Positions 1 to 8,203 of a DNA stretch of 28,018 nucleotides are shown piece after piece. A program made the translations under genes and the position numbers. The notes under the pieces were generated by a model. The model was not told the DNA's origin, ran no database searches, and saw only the letters and a list, made by a program, of their open reading frames with translations. Position 1 is the stretch's first letter; every line of letters starts with the position of its first letter. This stretch comes from a virus (taxonomy: Duplodnaviria > Caudoviricetes). The stretch is taken from IMG/VR virus record IMGVR_UViG_3300012990_000009, positions 1 through 28,018 of that record. One strand, given 5' to 3'.

Positions 1-105
1 ACGGCGGCTGAGACGGCGTCGCGCTACGACATCAGCGACAGGACCATGGCCGCGCTTCTCCACGAGGATTTGCGGGCGGTGGCGATGCATTTCCGGTTTT
101 TGTAG
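1..105 (+). CDS. 3' end of an upstream gene, possibly a late-gene regulator (partial)
   Basis: Frame 1 is open from the window edge to TAG at 103-105 (TAAETASRYDISDRTMAALLHEDLRAVAMHFRFL). Function is guessed only from its position before the packaging genes. Confidence 0.5.
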   Translation, partial: TAAETASRYDISDRTMAALLHEDLRAVAMHFRFL

Positions 106-112
106 CATGTGC

Positions 113-145
113 AAAAAGGCAGAAAGCCCCCGCCGTAGCGAGGGC
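113..145 (-). terminator. Intrinsic terminator for the minus-strand cassette
   Basis: Minus strand reads GCCCTCGC-TACG-GCGGGGGC then TTTCTGCCTTTTT: GC stem, cUACGg loop and U-rich tail, about 100 nt after the stop at 245. Confidence 0.65.
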
Positions 146-244
146 CTTATTTGGTGGCGTCCAAGCCTTGTCAACAGCACCCGCGGGTGCGGCGACTACG
201 GGACAATTGTCTCACAGCGCGCAGATCTCATAAATGTGCCGGGA

Positions 245-775
245 TCAGAGGTCAACGGGCCAGTCAGCGGGTCTCCACCCGTCATCCATGGCCAGCATCA
301 GCCGGGCGATGTGCGCGGGGATGGTGCGAGGGTTGGTTGACCTTTCGTACTCGGAGATCCTCATGGCGGAGCCCAGGTCCAACAGCGGGGCAAGCTGAGC
401 CTGCGTCAGCCCGAGCCGCGACCGGATTGCGCGAAACTCGGCAGATGTCATGTCGCCCGGTGCCGGCACGGAGTAGGCTGCGACAGCGCTTGCCGCGTCT
501 GCGGCTCGCAGGTCAATGACGTGCAGGATGCGTGGCCTTTCGCCGGCCGACCAGATCTGCAGCGCCGGAGACGTGTCGCAATTGAGGACGGCGCCGTATT
601 CCCGGCCGTCTTTGTGGACGCGAAACGCGGCTTTCTGCCCGTGCGGATGCCGCATTCGCCAGTCTGCAGCCGGGTGCCCAGCAGGGCGCTGGCGCATGAT
701 GGCGTCATCGTGGGCCTTGATGGCCCGGTATGTTTCGAGGAGATTGTTGAGGTTCAGCATCTGTCCCATCCTCAC
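245..775 (-). CDS. Unknown N-terminal domain fused to a C-terminal XRE-type HTH
   Basis: C-terminal MTSAEFRAIRSRLGLTQAQLAPLLDLGSAMRISEYER is a typical XRE HTH. The GTG start overlaps the stop of 772..1020 (GTGA). Confidence 0.8.
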   Translation of the reverse strand: MRMGQMLNLNNLLETYRAIKAHDDAIMRQRPAGHPAADWRMRHPHGQKAAFRVHKDGREYGAVLNCDTSPALQIWSAGERPRILHVIDLRAADAASAVAAYSVPAPGDMTSAEFRAIRSRLGLTQAQLAPLLDLGSAMRISEYERSTNPRTIPAHIARLMLAMDDGWRPADWPVDL

Positions 776-1020
776 GCCGCTGCCTGAAGGGCTTCCGCCT
801 CGATCTTGCGAGCCACGTCCGCATCCGTCAGGCCAAGGGCCTTGCCGGCGTCACGGGCCTTTGCCTTGGCCAGCCATGTCGGGAGGAAAACGTAGTGGCG
901 GCCGATCTCGATCTGCGAACGCGGGAACCAGACGTCGTGCGACTTGCCGAACGAATGGCAACGAATAAGAACCGCCTTTTCGGTCTCGCGAACGATGTGC
1001 TTTTCGAGTGCGTCGGTCAT
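772..1020 (-). CDS. Small phage hypothetical protein (ETEKAVL...WFPxSQI...LPxWL type)
   Basis: 82 aa, GGGAGA ribosome-binding site, own promoter, stop coupled to the next gene. Confidence 0.8.
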   Translation of the reverse strand: MTDALEKHIVRETEKAVLIRCHSFGKSHDVWFPRSQIEIGRHYVFLPTWLAKAKARDAGKALGLTDADVARKIEAEALQAAA

Positions 1021-1046
1021 TGAGGTATCTCCCGTTTGATGAGAGA

Positions 1047-1083
1047 TATATAGCGCATGAGCGTTAGTAGCGCAAGTGCGTTA
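1047..1083 (-). promoter_or_regulatory. Sigma70-type promoter overlapped by two tandem operator-like sites
   Basis: -35 TTGCGC (1075-1070), 17-nt spacer, -10 TATATA (1052-1047). Repeats TAGCGCATGAGCGTTA (1051-1066) and TAGCGCAAGTGCGTTA (1068-1083) match at 14/16, and each is an imperfect palindrome. Confidence 0.7.
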
Positions 1084-1150
1084 ATCAAGATTTCTGACCC
1101 CACGCCCCGATCACTACCCGACGCCTCTCGCGCCGAAAGGAACATGACAC

Positions 1151-1411
1151 ATGGCAACTCCCGTGACCGGCACGTTTTCAGGGACGGGCACCAGCAACGT
1201 GGTCATCGCCAGCCAGTGCGCGTTTGATCTTGCGTTCGCTGGGACCGCCACGGTCAACATCCAATGGCAGCTTGACGGCACGAACTGGCGCACGCTGGAA
1301 TCACTGACGGCAACCGGCCAGTACGTCTACGACGGCCCGCGCGTCCCGCTGCGGCTCAACTGCTCGGCTCATACTGACAACGTGGTCTACGCCATCTACC
1401 CTGGCGACTGA
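1151..1411 (+). CDS. Small beta-rich phage protein, possibly virion-associated
   Basis: 86 aa, strong GAAAGGAA RBS, Thr/Gly-rich, motif GTATVNIQWQLDGTNWRTL. Confidence 0.75.
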   Translation: MATPVTGTFSGTGTSNVVIASQCAFDLAFAGTATVNIQWQLDGTNWRTLESLTATGQYVYDGPRVPLRLNCSAHTDNVVYAIYPGD

Positions 1412-1427
1412 GGCAAGCACGCGGCCT

Positions 1428-1580
1428 GACAGCGGCACCTCGTGGACCACGGGCACGGCTCAGAATATCACGCTCTCCGGTCTGGAGGAGATGCACGCGG
1501 TGTTCGGCGTCAAGGCAGGCCCGACCGGTGGCGCTGAAACGCTCCAGGTCGACTATCTCAAGATCGTCCAGCTTCGCTGA
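1428..1580 (+). pseudogene. Start-less C-terminal remnant of a beta-sandwich structural gene
   Basis: Reads DSGTSWTTGTAQNITLSGLEEMHAVFGVKAGPTGGAETLQVDYLKIVQLR-stop with GC-rich third positions. The frame is open from 1308 but has no start codon before 1491. Confidence 0.5.
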
Positions 1581-1621
1581 CATCAACCGGGCGGCGTGGC
1601 ATTCGTTGCGCCGCCCACCAC

Positions 1622-1846
1622 ATGAGGCAACCCGCATTGGCTGACATGACCTTCTTCGAAATGTCCTGGACCGGTCCAAGCGACGCATCCGAAACGCTGG
1701 TCAATGCCACCTTCACCCGCATGTCCTCAGAGTACCTAGCCATGAACGGTCTCGACGCTGACGACTACGATGCCACTCGCGTTGATCCGGTAGAGATTAC
1801 GCCCGGCATCTCGTCGTATGTCGAGCAGTGGCAGGCAAAGGGCTGA
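1622..1846 (+). CDS. Hypothetical acidic protein
   Basis: 74 aa (start may be the internal MTFFE); stop lies 2 nt before the terS ATG. Confidence 0.55.
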   Translation: MRQPALADMTFFEMSWTGPSDASETLVNATFTRMSSEYLAMNGLDADDYDATRVDPVEITPGISSYVEQWQAKG

Positions 1847-1848
1847 CG

Positions 1849-2343
1849 ATGGCCTCCGGTCGCCCCAGCACGTTCGCACAAGACATAGCCGACGCGATCT
1901 GCGAACGGCTCATGGATGGCGAAAGCCTGCGCACGATCTGCAAGAGCGACGACATGCCGGCAGCGTCCACGGTGTTTCGGTGGCTGACGCTCAACAAGCC
2001 GTTTTCGGAGCAATACGCACGGGCTCGTGAGATCCAGGCCGATCTGCTCTTTGACGACGTGCTCGATATCGCTGACGATGGTTCAAACGATTGGATGCAG
2101 CGCGCCAACGCGGATGGCTCTCTTGGCGATACGGTCCTGAACGGCGAACACGTCCAGCGCTCCAAACTTCGCGTTGATGCGCGAAAATGGATGGCCGGCA
2201 AACTCGCTCCGAAGAAGTACGGCGACCGCGTGCTCAACGAACACACTGGCCCGAACGGCGGTCCTATCCAGACGGAAGAGCTTTCCGCTCGCGATGTCGC
2301 ACGGCGGATAGCGTTTGCACTGGCGGCGGGGCTCAAGGAATAG
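1849..2343 (+). CDS. terS: Terminase small subunit (Sf6 gp1-like)
   Basis: GRPSTFAQDIADAICERLMDGESLRTICKSDDMPAASTVFRWL and RSKLRVDARKWMAGKLAPKKYGD; ATG at 1849 preferred over 1828. Confidence 0.92.
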   Translation: MASGRPSTFAQDIADAICERLMDGESLRTICKSDDMPAASTVFRWLTLNKPFSEQYARAREIQADLLFDDVLDIADDGSNDWMQRANADGSLGDTVLNGEHVQRSKLRVDARKWMAGKLAPKKYGDRVLNEHTGPNGGPIQTEELSARDVARRIAFALAAGLKE

Positions 2344-2345
2344 GG

Positions 2346-2825
2346 CTAGGCATACGGTTCCAGCCTGTGCAGCAGCGCACGGCACGCAAGCGCGGTACGC
2401 CTGTCAGCGCCGATCGCCTTCATGTTGACGATGGAGTTGACGTGCATTCCGAGCAAGCGGGCGCATTCGGCGTCCGAACGGGCAAGGCCCGCCGACTTCA
2501 TGTCGCTCAGCCATTGGACAAAGGATTCAGGCGAAAGGCTAGTGACCTCCTGTTCAATGCGGATGTCAAAGCCTTCGTTGAGCGCGTCAACAATAGCGCG
2601 GAGCGGTGCGCGGAACCATTCGCCCTGTAAGCGTTTGTCACCGAACTTCGCGTGCATGGCCTTTTCGATAGCGGCTGCGTCTTCGGCCGCAATGGAAAAA
2701 TGGACGGAAAGCCTTCTTGGGTTGGCTGTTTGCAACGCGCGCAAACGCTTCCCGACATCATTTGTGATGCCGATCTTAAATGGGCCTTTCTCGGGGCCGA
2801 TGACATACACGTTGCTAGGCTTCAT
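2346..2825 (-). CDS. GIY-YIG nuclease (T5orf172/MUG113-like) fused to a C-terminal HTH
   Basis: VYVIG...KIGITNDVGKRLRALQTANP...E..MH..F...RLQGEWF, followed by SDAECARLLGMHVNSIVNMK. ATG at 2825 overlaps the upstream gene by 11 nt. Confidence 0.85.
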   Translation of the reverse strand: MKPSNVYVIGPEKGPFKIGITNDVGKRLRALQTANPRRLSVHFSIAAEDAAAIEKAMHAKFGDKRLQGEWFRAPLRAIVDALNEGFDIRIEQEVTSLSPESFVQWLSDMKSAGLARSDAECARLLGMHVNSIVNMKAIGADRRTALACRALLHRLEPYA

Positions 2826-3030
2826 TCGGGTACGGCTCCAGTCCTGCAATGATGGCGGCAATTGCGTAGTCGGTCTGTATCTGCCGCGTACCGTCGCGTT
2901 CGAAGTTGTCGATGGACGTCCGGGTTAAGCCAAGCTTGTTGGCAAGCGCGGTCTTCCACCCATGGCCCGGAGGAATAGCGCCGGCCGCTTGCATTGCGGC
3001 GACGGCGCTTTTGAATTGTGCAGCGGTCAT
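2815..3030 (-). CDS. Small HTH DNA-binding protein (71 aa)
   Basis: MTAAQFK...WKTALANKLGLTRTSIDNFERDG; ATGA overlap with 3027..3215. This is the credible part of track ORF 2815..3597. Confidence 0.8.
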   Translation of the reverse strand: MTAAQFKSAVAAMQAAGAIPPGHGWKTALANKLGLTRTSIDNFERDGTRQIQTDYAIAAIIAGLEPYPNEA

Positions 3031-3215
3031 GCCGGCTCCATTGCCTTGAGGATGCGTTCGGCGAGCGGCTCGAAAAGCGGGGCATCGTCGGCGTGCTTGG
3101 CGCAGTAGCAGGCAACCAGAAGGTCGCGCGCTTCCTGCTTGAGGCCGCGAAGCTGGAGCGAAGGCACCTTGCCTTCGGCCTCTTTGATCAGGGCGATGAG
3201 TGCGGTCTTGGTCAT
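3027..3215 (-). CDS. Small helical hypothetical protein (62 aa)
   Basis: MTKTALIALIKEAEGKV...; GGAGA RBS; first gene after the promoter. Confidence 0.75.
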   Translation of the reverse strand: MTKTALIALIKEAEGKVPSLQLRGLKQEARDLLVACYCAKHADDAPLFEPLAERILKAMEPA

Positions 3216-3241
3216 TTGAGTTCTCCGTTGCTGATGAAGCC

Positions 3242-3270
3242 AATATGCCAACTAATTTGGCTATAGTCAA
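3242..3270 (-). promoter_or_regulatory. Sigma70-type promoter with a palindromic operator in the spacer
   Basis: -35 TTGACT (3270-3265), 17 nt, -10 CATATT (3247-3242); inverted repeat GCCAA-CTAAT-TTGGC at 3247-3261. Confidence 0.72.
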
Positions 3271-3363
3271 GCGGTAACGCAAAGAAAGCTTGCGAATCGA
3301 CCCGCTGGTATCTGCGAGGCTGTGATTTGGGCCATTCGTAACACGAAAAGCGGCAACATCTGA

Positions 3364-4941
3364 ATGACCGCATCCACTACGCTTGACGACATCCTGGCGC
3401 GCTATGAAGCGCTGCCGCCAGCGAAGCAGAATGAGATCATGGCGGCGGCGAATGCTGCTGTAGGCTCGCGCAAGTGGGTACCCAATCCCGGCCCGCAAAC
3501 GGAAGCCTATTTCAGCGAGGCAGATTGCCTGCTGTACGGCGGCGAGCCTGGCGGCGGGAAGAGCCAATTGATCCTTGGTCTTGCGTTCAATGAGCACCGC
3601 CGCTCACTGATCATGCGCCGCGAATACGCTGACTTGGATCGGCTGATTGAAGACGCGCTAAAGATCCACGGTAGCCGTGATGGCTTCAACGGTTCGCCCC
3701 CGCCGCGTCTGCGTCATGGAGCCGACAAGGTAATCAATTTCCGCGCGGCTCAGCGCATAGGCGACGAACAGGGGACGATGGGTCAGGGCCGGGATTTCCT
3801 CGGCGTGGATGAGGCGACGCACTTCGCGGAATCGCAGATACGGTTCCTCATGGGCTGGGTGCGAACCGAGCATGAGGGCCAGCGTTGCCGCACGGTTCTG
3901 GCGACAAACCCCCCCCTGTCCGCTGATGGACTTTGGGTGAACAAGATGTTCGCGCCTTGGCTAGACCCGAACTATCCGAACCCTGCCAAGCCGGGCGAAC
4001 TGAGGTGGGTCTGTTCGGACGAAGACGGCAAAGACTTTTGGGTTGATGGGCCGGAATCCTTCATCGAGGTTCGCGGCAAGAAGATCAGGCCGACGTCGAG
4101 GACGTTCATTCCTTCGTCTGTCAACGACAACCCGTTTTACGCGGGCACCGACTACGAAAGGCAGCTAGACAACCTTCCTGAGCCATACCGGTCTCAGTTG
4201 ATGGGCGGCTTCCAGACCGCGTTCCGCGACAACGACTATCAGGTTATCCCGACCGAATGGGTGCGCCAAGCAATGGCGCGGTGGTCAAAGTTTCCGCCTG
4301 AAGGTGTAGGCATGTCCTCGCTTGCTGTTGATCCGGCGCTGGGCGGCGAGGACAACACTGTCTATGCGCGGCGTCACGGTCACTGGTTTGATGAACTCGT
4401 GTCTGTGCCTGGCAAGGAGACGAAAGACCCTATCGATACGGCTGCTAAGGCGGTCACGCTTATGCGGGATAAGTGCCCGGTTATTGTCGACGTGATCGGC
4501 GTTGGGTCTGGTGCCTATTCGCATCTCAAGAACAACGTGTCAGGGCTGGACGTACGCGGCATCAACGTAGCCAACGCGTCGAAGAAACGCACGCGAGACG
4601 GAAAGCTGGCGTTCTACAACAAGCGCGCCGAACTATGGTGGAAGTTTCGTGAGGCCCTGGAGCCATCGCTTGGCGAGCCTGTCGCACTGCCGCCGGATCA
4701 AGAGCTTCTGGCTGACCTGACGGCGCCGACGTGGAAGCTGACGGCTTCCGGTATCCAGATCGAAAGCAAGGACGATATCCGCAAGCGCTTGGGCCGGTCT
4801 ACCGACAAGGCGGACGCGGTCATCATGGCTTGGGCCGAAGGCGAAAGCAGCGTGTCAGCCCGGATACGGACGCACAACAACCCGCGTGGAATGCCCAAGG
4901 TGGTCCTCGGACACGCGAAACTCAAAGAGCGACGGAGATAA
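3364..4941 (+). CDS. terL: Terminase large subunit
   Basis: Walker A YGGEPGGGKS, Walker B FLGVDEATHF, coupling motif LATNP, RNase H-like nuclease motifs LAVDPA and STDKADAVIMA. Confidence 0.95.
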   Translation: MTASTTLDDILARYEALPPAKQNEIMAAANAAVGSRKWVPNPGPQTEAYFSEADCLLYGGEPGGGKSQLILGLAFNEHRRSLIMRREYADLDRLIEDALKIHGSRDGFNGSPPPRLRHGADKVINFRAAQRIGDEQGTMGQGRDFLGVDEATHFAESQIRFLMGWVRTEHEGQRCRTVLATNPPLSADGLWVNKMFAPWLDPNYPNPAKPGELRWVCSDEDGKDFWVDGPESFIEVRGKKIRPTSRTFIPSSVNDNPFYAGTDYERQLDNLPEPYRSQLMGGFQTAFRDNDYQVIPTEWVRQAMARWSKFPPEGVGMSSLAVDPALGGEDNTVYARRHGHWFDELVSVPGKETKDPIDTAAKAVTLMRDKCPVIVDVIGVGSGAYSHLKNNVSGLDVRGINVANASKKRTRDGKLAFYNKRAELWWKFREALEPSLGEPVALPPDQELLADLTAPTWKLTASGIQIESKDDIRKRLGRSTDKADAVIMAWAEGESSVSARIRTHNNPRGMPKVVLGHAKLKERRR

Positions 4942-4943
4942 CC

Positions 4944-5150
4944 ATGGGCGCACTGTTCGGGCCGAAGATGAAAAAGGAAGAGCCGGTCAAGATGCCGGAC
5001 CCGCAGGGCGTGGAAGCGCAGGCTGCTGCTGAAGCACGTCGTCGGCAGATTGCGTCCCGGTCCAGCCGCGCCAGCACGGTCATGAGCCGTTCAGGTGGCG
5101 AAGGCGGCACGGGCGCATACAAAAATAGTCTGTTGGGCCAGGCTGGCTAA
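4944..5150 (+). CDS. Small basic pre-portal virion protein (T7 gp7.3-like position)
   Basis: 68 aa MGALFGPKM...KNSLLGQAG; GGAGA RBS; directly before the portal. Confidence 0.75.
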   Translation: MGALFGPKMKKEEPVKMPDPQGVEAQAAAEARRRQIASRSSRASTVMSRSGGEGGTGAYKNSLLGQAG

Positions 5151-5155
5151 TCCGC

Positions 5156-6802
5156 ATGGACACCCGCGCCAAGGAACTCGTCACGATCGGCGACAAGCTG
5201 TTCTCCAAGAAAGACCAGTGGGACAGCCTTGCGCAGGAGATTGCCGAGCACTTCTATCCGTTGCGCGCGGACTTCACCACGTCGTTCTCGCTCGGTGACG
5301 ACTTCGCAACCGGCATCATGGATTCGTTCCCGGTGCTTGCCTGCCGCACGCTGGGAGACGCTCCTAGCGCTATGCTGCGTCAGGGCAACTGGTTCGACGT
5401 CAAAACGACGGACGACGAGCTGAACGACGACCCGGCGGCGTCTCGTTGGCTCGAAGACACGACGAAGAAGCTGCGCAACCTGATCTATGACCGGCGGGCC
5501 AATTTCGTCCGCGCGACCGGCGAGGCGGATCACGATTGGGCTGCGTTCGGCAACCCGGTCCTGTCGGTTGAGGAAAGCCCGAGCCGCGACCACTTCCTGT
5601 TCCGCTGCTGGCATCCCAAAGAGAACGCATGGATGGAAAACGGCGTCGGCCGTATCGACCACAATCAGCGCAAGATGCCGATGACCGCTCGCGGCATCAT
5701 GAGCCGTCTGGCGTGGGCGAAGAAAGCCCATCACGACATCAAGCAGGCGGCCGAGAAAGACCCGACGAGAGAGTTCAGGCTTCGCCATATCGTCATGCCA
5801 TTCGAGGAGATTTACGGCGACGACAAGGCCAAGCGGCGCCAGTACAAGGACATGCCGTTCTGCTCGCTCTACATTGATTGTGAGCACGACGAAATCCTAA
5901 GCGAAGGTCCGCTGCCGGTCTTCAACTACGTCATCCCCCGCTGGCGCACGGTGGCAGGGTTCCCGCAAGGATTTTCACCGGCTACCATCACGTCATTGCC
6001 CGATGGGCGGATGTTGCAACAGTTGGCGCGCATCATTCTGGAGCAGGGGGAAAAGGCGCTTGATGCGCCGATGTTCGCGAAGGGGGAAATCTTCCGCGAC
6101 GCGGTAAACCGGTATGCGGGCGGCATGACGTATGTCGACCTTGAGGATGACCAGAAGATCCAGGACGTGCTCTCGTTCGAAGAGGCGAGCAACGGTCTGC
6201 CTGCTGGTTTGGAGATGAAAGCTGATGTCCGCAACATGATTGCGGAATCGTTCCTGCTCAACAAGCTGATGCTGCCGGCAGAGCGCGAGATGACGGCATT
6301 CGAGACGCAGGCTCGGCTTGCGGAGTTCCGCCGCTCGGTGCTGCCGTTCTTCGGCCCGATCGAACACGAGTATCATATGCCGCTGCTGGATACGGCGTTC
6401 CAGATGGCATTGAGGAACAACCAGTTCAACCTTGAGGAAATGCCGGACGCTCTGTCTGGCGCGGACGTGACGTTCAAGTTCGAAAGCCCTCTCAACACGG
6501 CTGAGGGCAGGGCGATGGTGCAGGCATTCCAAGAGTCGGTGCAGATCATTGCCGGCGGTGCGCAGTTGGACCAGGGCGTGCAGGCTGACTATGATTACCG
6601 CAAGATGACCAAGGACGCGGTGAAGGGTACAGGCGCTCCCGCCGATTGGTCGAAGGATGAAGAGGTTGCGGAAGAGGACGCGGAAGCCGCTGCACAGTCG
6701 CAAGGGCTGATGCAGGCAGCTGCGCAGTTGCGGGAAGGTGCCGGCGTGGCGGGCGAGGTCGCTAACGCCTCGGTGGCGCTGCAACAGGCGGGCCTTGTCT
6801 GA
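5156..6802 (+). CDS. Portal (head-tail connector, T7 gp8/BPP-1-like)
   Basis: 548 aa; W..LAQEIAEHFYP, NYVIPRW...G..QGFSP, EMTAFETQARLAE, FKFESPL; position after terL. Confidence 0.9.
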   Translation: MDTRAKELVTIGDKLFSKKDQWDSLAQEIAEHFYPLRADFTTSFSLGDDFATGIMDSFPVLACRTLGDAPSAMLRQGNWFDVKTTDDELNDDPAASRWLEDTTKKLRNLIYDRRANFVRATGEADHDWAAFGNPVLSVEESPSRDHFLFRCWHPKENAWMENGVGRIDHNQRKMPMTARGIMSRLAWAKKAHHDIKQAAEKDPTREFRLRHIVMPFEEIYGDDKAKRRQYKDMPFCSLYIDCEHDEILSEGPLPVFNYVIPRWRTVAGFPQGFSPATITSLPDGRMLQQLARIILEQGEKALDAPMFAKGEIFRDAVNRYAGGMTYVDLEDDQKIQDVLSFEEASNGLPAGLEMKADVRNMIAESFLLNKLMLPAEREMTAFETQARLAEFRRSVLPFFGPIEHEYHMPLLDTAFQMALRNNQFNLEEMPDALSGADVTFKFESPLNTAEGRAMVQAFQESVQIIAGGAQLDQGVQADYDYRKMTKDAVKGTGAPADWSKDEEVAEEDAEAAAQSQGLMQAAAQLREGAGVAGEVANASVALQQAGLV

Positions 6803-7122
6803 TGAGCGACCCGCACAAGCCGGCCGAATACGACGAAGGCGTCATCATGGCCGTGCGAGCCTTTGCCGATGGCGTCGCCAATGCAGGCCAGCAAACGACG
6901 GTCTGGAACTGGCTGCTGCACGCGGTCTGCCAGGTCGAAGGCATGAGCTATCGTGCGGGCGGCATTGACGCTCAACGCGCCACGGACTTTGCCGAAGGCA
7001 AGCGCTATTGTGCCAACCAACTCCGCAAGATGCTGAATCCGGTGGTGCTGGAGGCTGAGCGCCAGTCGCAGGCGAAGAAGACTGCTCCGGCAGGTAGAGG
7101 CAACAGGAACGAGGCACAATGA
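6802..7122 (+). CDS. Post-portal protein (Bbp19-like)
   Basis: 106 aa with TDFAEGKRY motif; overlaps both neighbours. Confidence 0.75.
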   Translation: MSDPHKPAEYDEGVIMAVRAFADGVANAGQQTTVWNWLLHAVCQVEGMSYRAGGIDAQRATDFAEGKRYCANQLRKMLNPVVLEAERQSQAKKTAPAGRGNRNEAQ

Positions 7123-8045
7123 GCGAACTTGACCCGGCTCCGAATGAGCCGAATATCGACCCGCCGCCCGGCAATGAGCCGCCGGTCAATGTAGACCCGG
7201 CGCCGGTCGCTAACCCGGTCCCGAACGAACCACCCGCCGGCGATCCACCGGCCGACCCGCCGAAGAAGGACGTGACCAGCGACTGGCCGGACGCGTGGCG
7301 CGAACTCATGGCCGGCGAGGACGAAGACGCTGCCAAGCTGGCGAAGCGCTACAACTCGCCGAAGAACATCCTCAAGGCGCTCAAGGAAGCGCAGTCGGTC
7401 ATCCGCTCGGGCAAACTCAAGCGCGACATGCCGGACCCGTCCGACGAAAAGGCGATGGCGGAATGGCGCAAGGAGCAGGGCGTTCCTGACGACCCGTCTG
7501 GCTACAAACTGCCTGACACAGTGACGAAGCGCCTCACGGACGATGACAAGCCGGTGCTGGCGTCGTTCACCGAGTTCGCGCATTCCAAGGGTGCGCCGCC
7601 TGCCGTGGTGGAGATTGCGTCCGAATGGTACATCTCGCAGCTTGAGAACATGGAAGCGCAGCGCGTGCAGGCCGACACGGCGGCAGCGGAAGCGGCTGAG
7701 GATGCCCTGCGCAAGGATTGGGCGCACGGCGAGTTCAAGGCCAACCTCACGCTTGCCAAGCGGTTCGCGGCTGAAATCCCCGGGGTCGGCGCATCATGGG
7801 GTGAAGCCCGGATGCCCGATGGCCGGCGCGTCGGCGATATCCCTGAGTTCGTCGCATGGATGGCCGATCAGGGACGCGAACGATTTGGCGATGTGACCTT
7901 CGCCCACTCGGACAGTGCGGAGCGTCATGCGTCGAGAAAGGCCGAGATTGAAAAGGTCATGAACACGGACATCGATCGGTACTACACTGAAAAGCTCGAT
8001 GCCGAGTACAGCGAGATTCTGAAGCGCGAAACCCGCCGCAAATAG
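7119..8045 (+). CDS. Capsid scaffolding protein
   Basis: Pro/acidic disordered N-terminus, GVPDDPSGYKLP and LRKDWAHGEF motifs, position before the capsid gene. Confidence 0.8.
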   Translation: MSELDPAPNEPNIDPPPGNEPPVNVDPAPVANPVPNEPPAGDPPADPPKKDVTSDWPDAWRELMAGEDEDAAKLAKRYNSPKNILKALKEAQSVIRSGKLKRDMPDPSDEKAMAEWRKEQGVPDDPSGYKLPDTVTKRLTDDDKPVLASFTEFAHSKGAPPAVVEIASEWYISQLENMEAQRVQADTAAAEAAEDALRKDWAHGEFKANLTLAKRFAAEIPGVGASWGEARMPDGRRVGDIPEFVAWMADQGRERFGDVTFAHSDSAERHASRKAEIEKVMNTDIDRYYTEKLDAEYSEILKRETRRK

Positions 8046-8047
8046 CG

Positions 8048-8203
8048 GCCAGTGTCTTCAGCGTAACTGGCACTAGGCAGGCCATCCCGGCATCCCGGCC
8101 CCTGCTGAACGCCAACCACCAACCACCAAGCATGACAGCCCCGAACGGATAGCGGCCACCCCGAGCAATCGGCCCCGCAACGCGCTCGGCCACCCTCAAA
8201 TGC
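8048..8203 (+). ncRNA. Putative structured cis-regulatory leader of the capsid mRNA
   Basis: Three helices carry the same CCAYC/CC internal loop (8077-8105; 8152-8178 with a GCAA tetraloop; 8137-8144 paired with 8186-8196). Confidence 0.6.

Noticed and set aside
2815-3597. 260-aa ORF in the track
   Set aside because: Only 2815-3030 is protein-like; the rest overlaps the 62-aa gene, its promoter and terL antisense.
7119-7270. Pro/Asn/Asp/Glu quasi-repeats at the scaffold N-terminus
   Set aside because: Ordinary low-complexity disordered region of a scaffolding protein.
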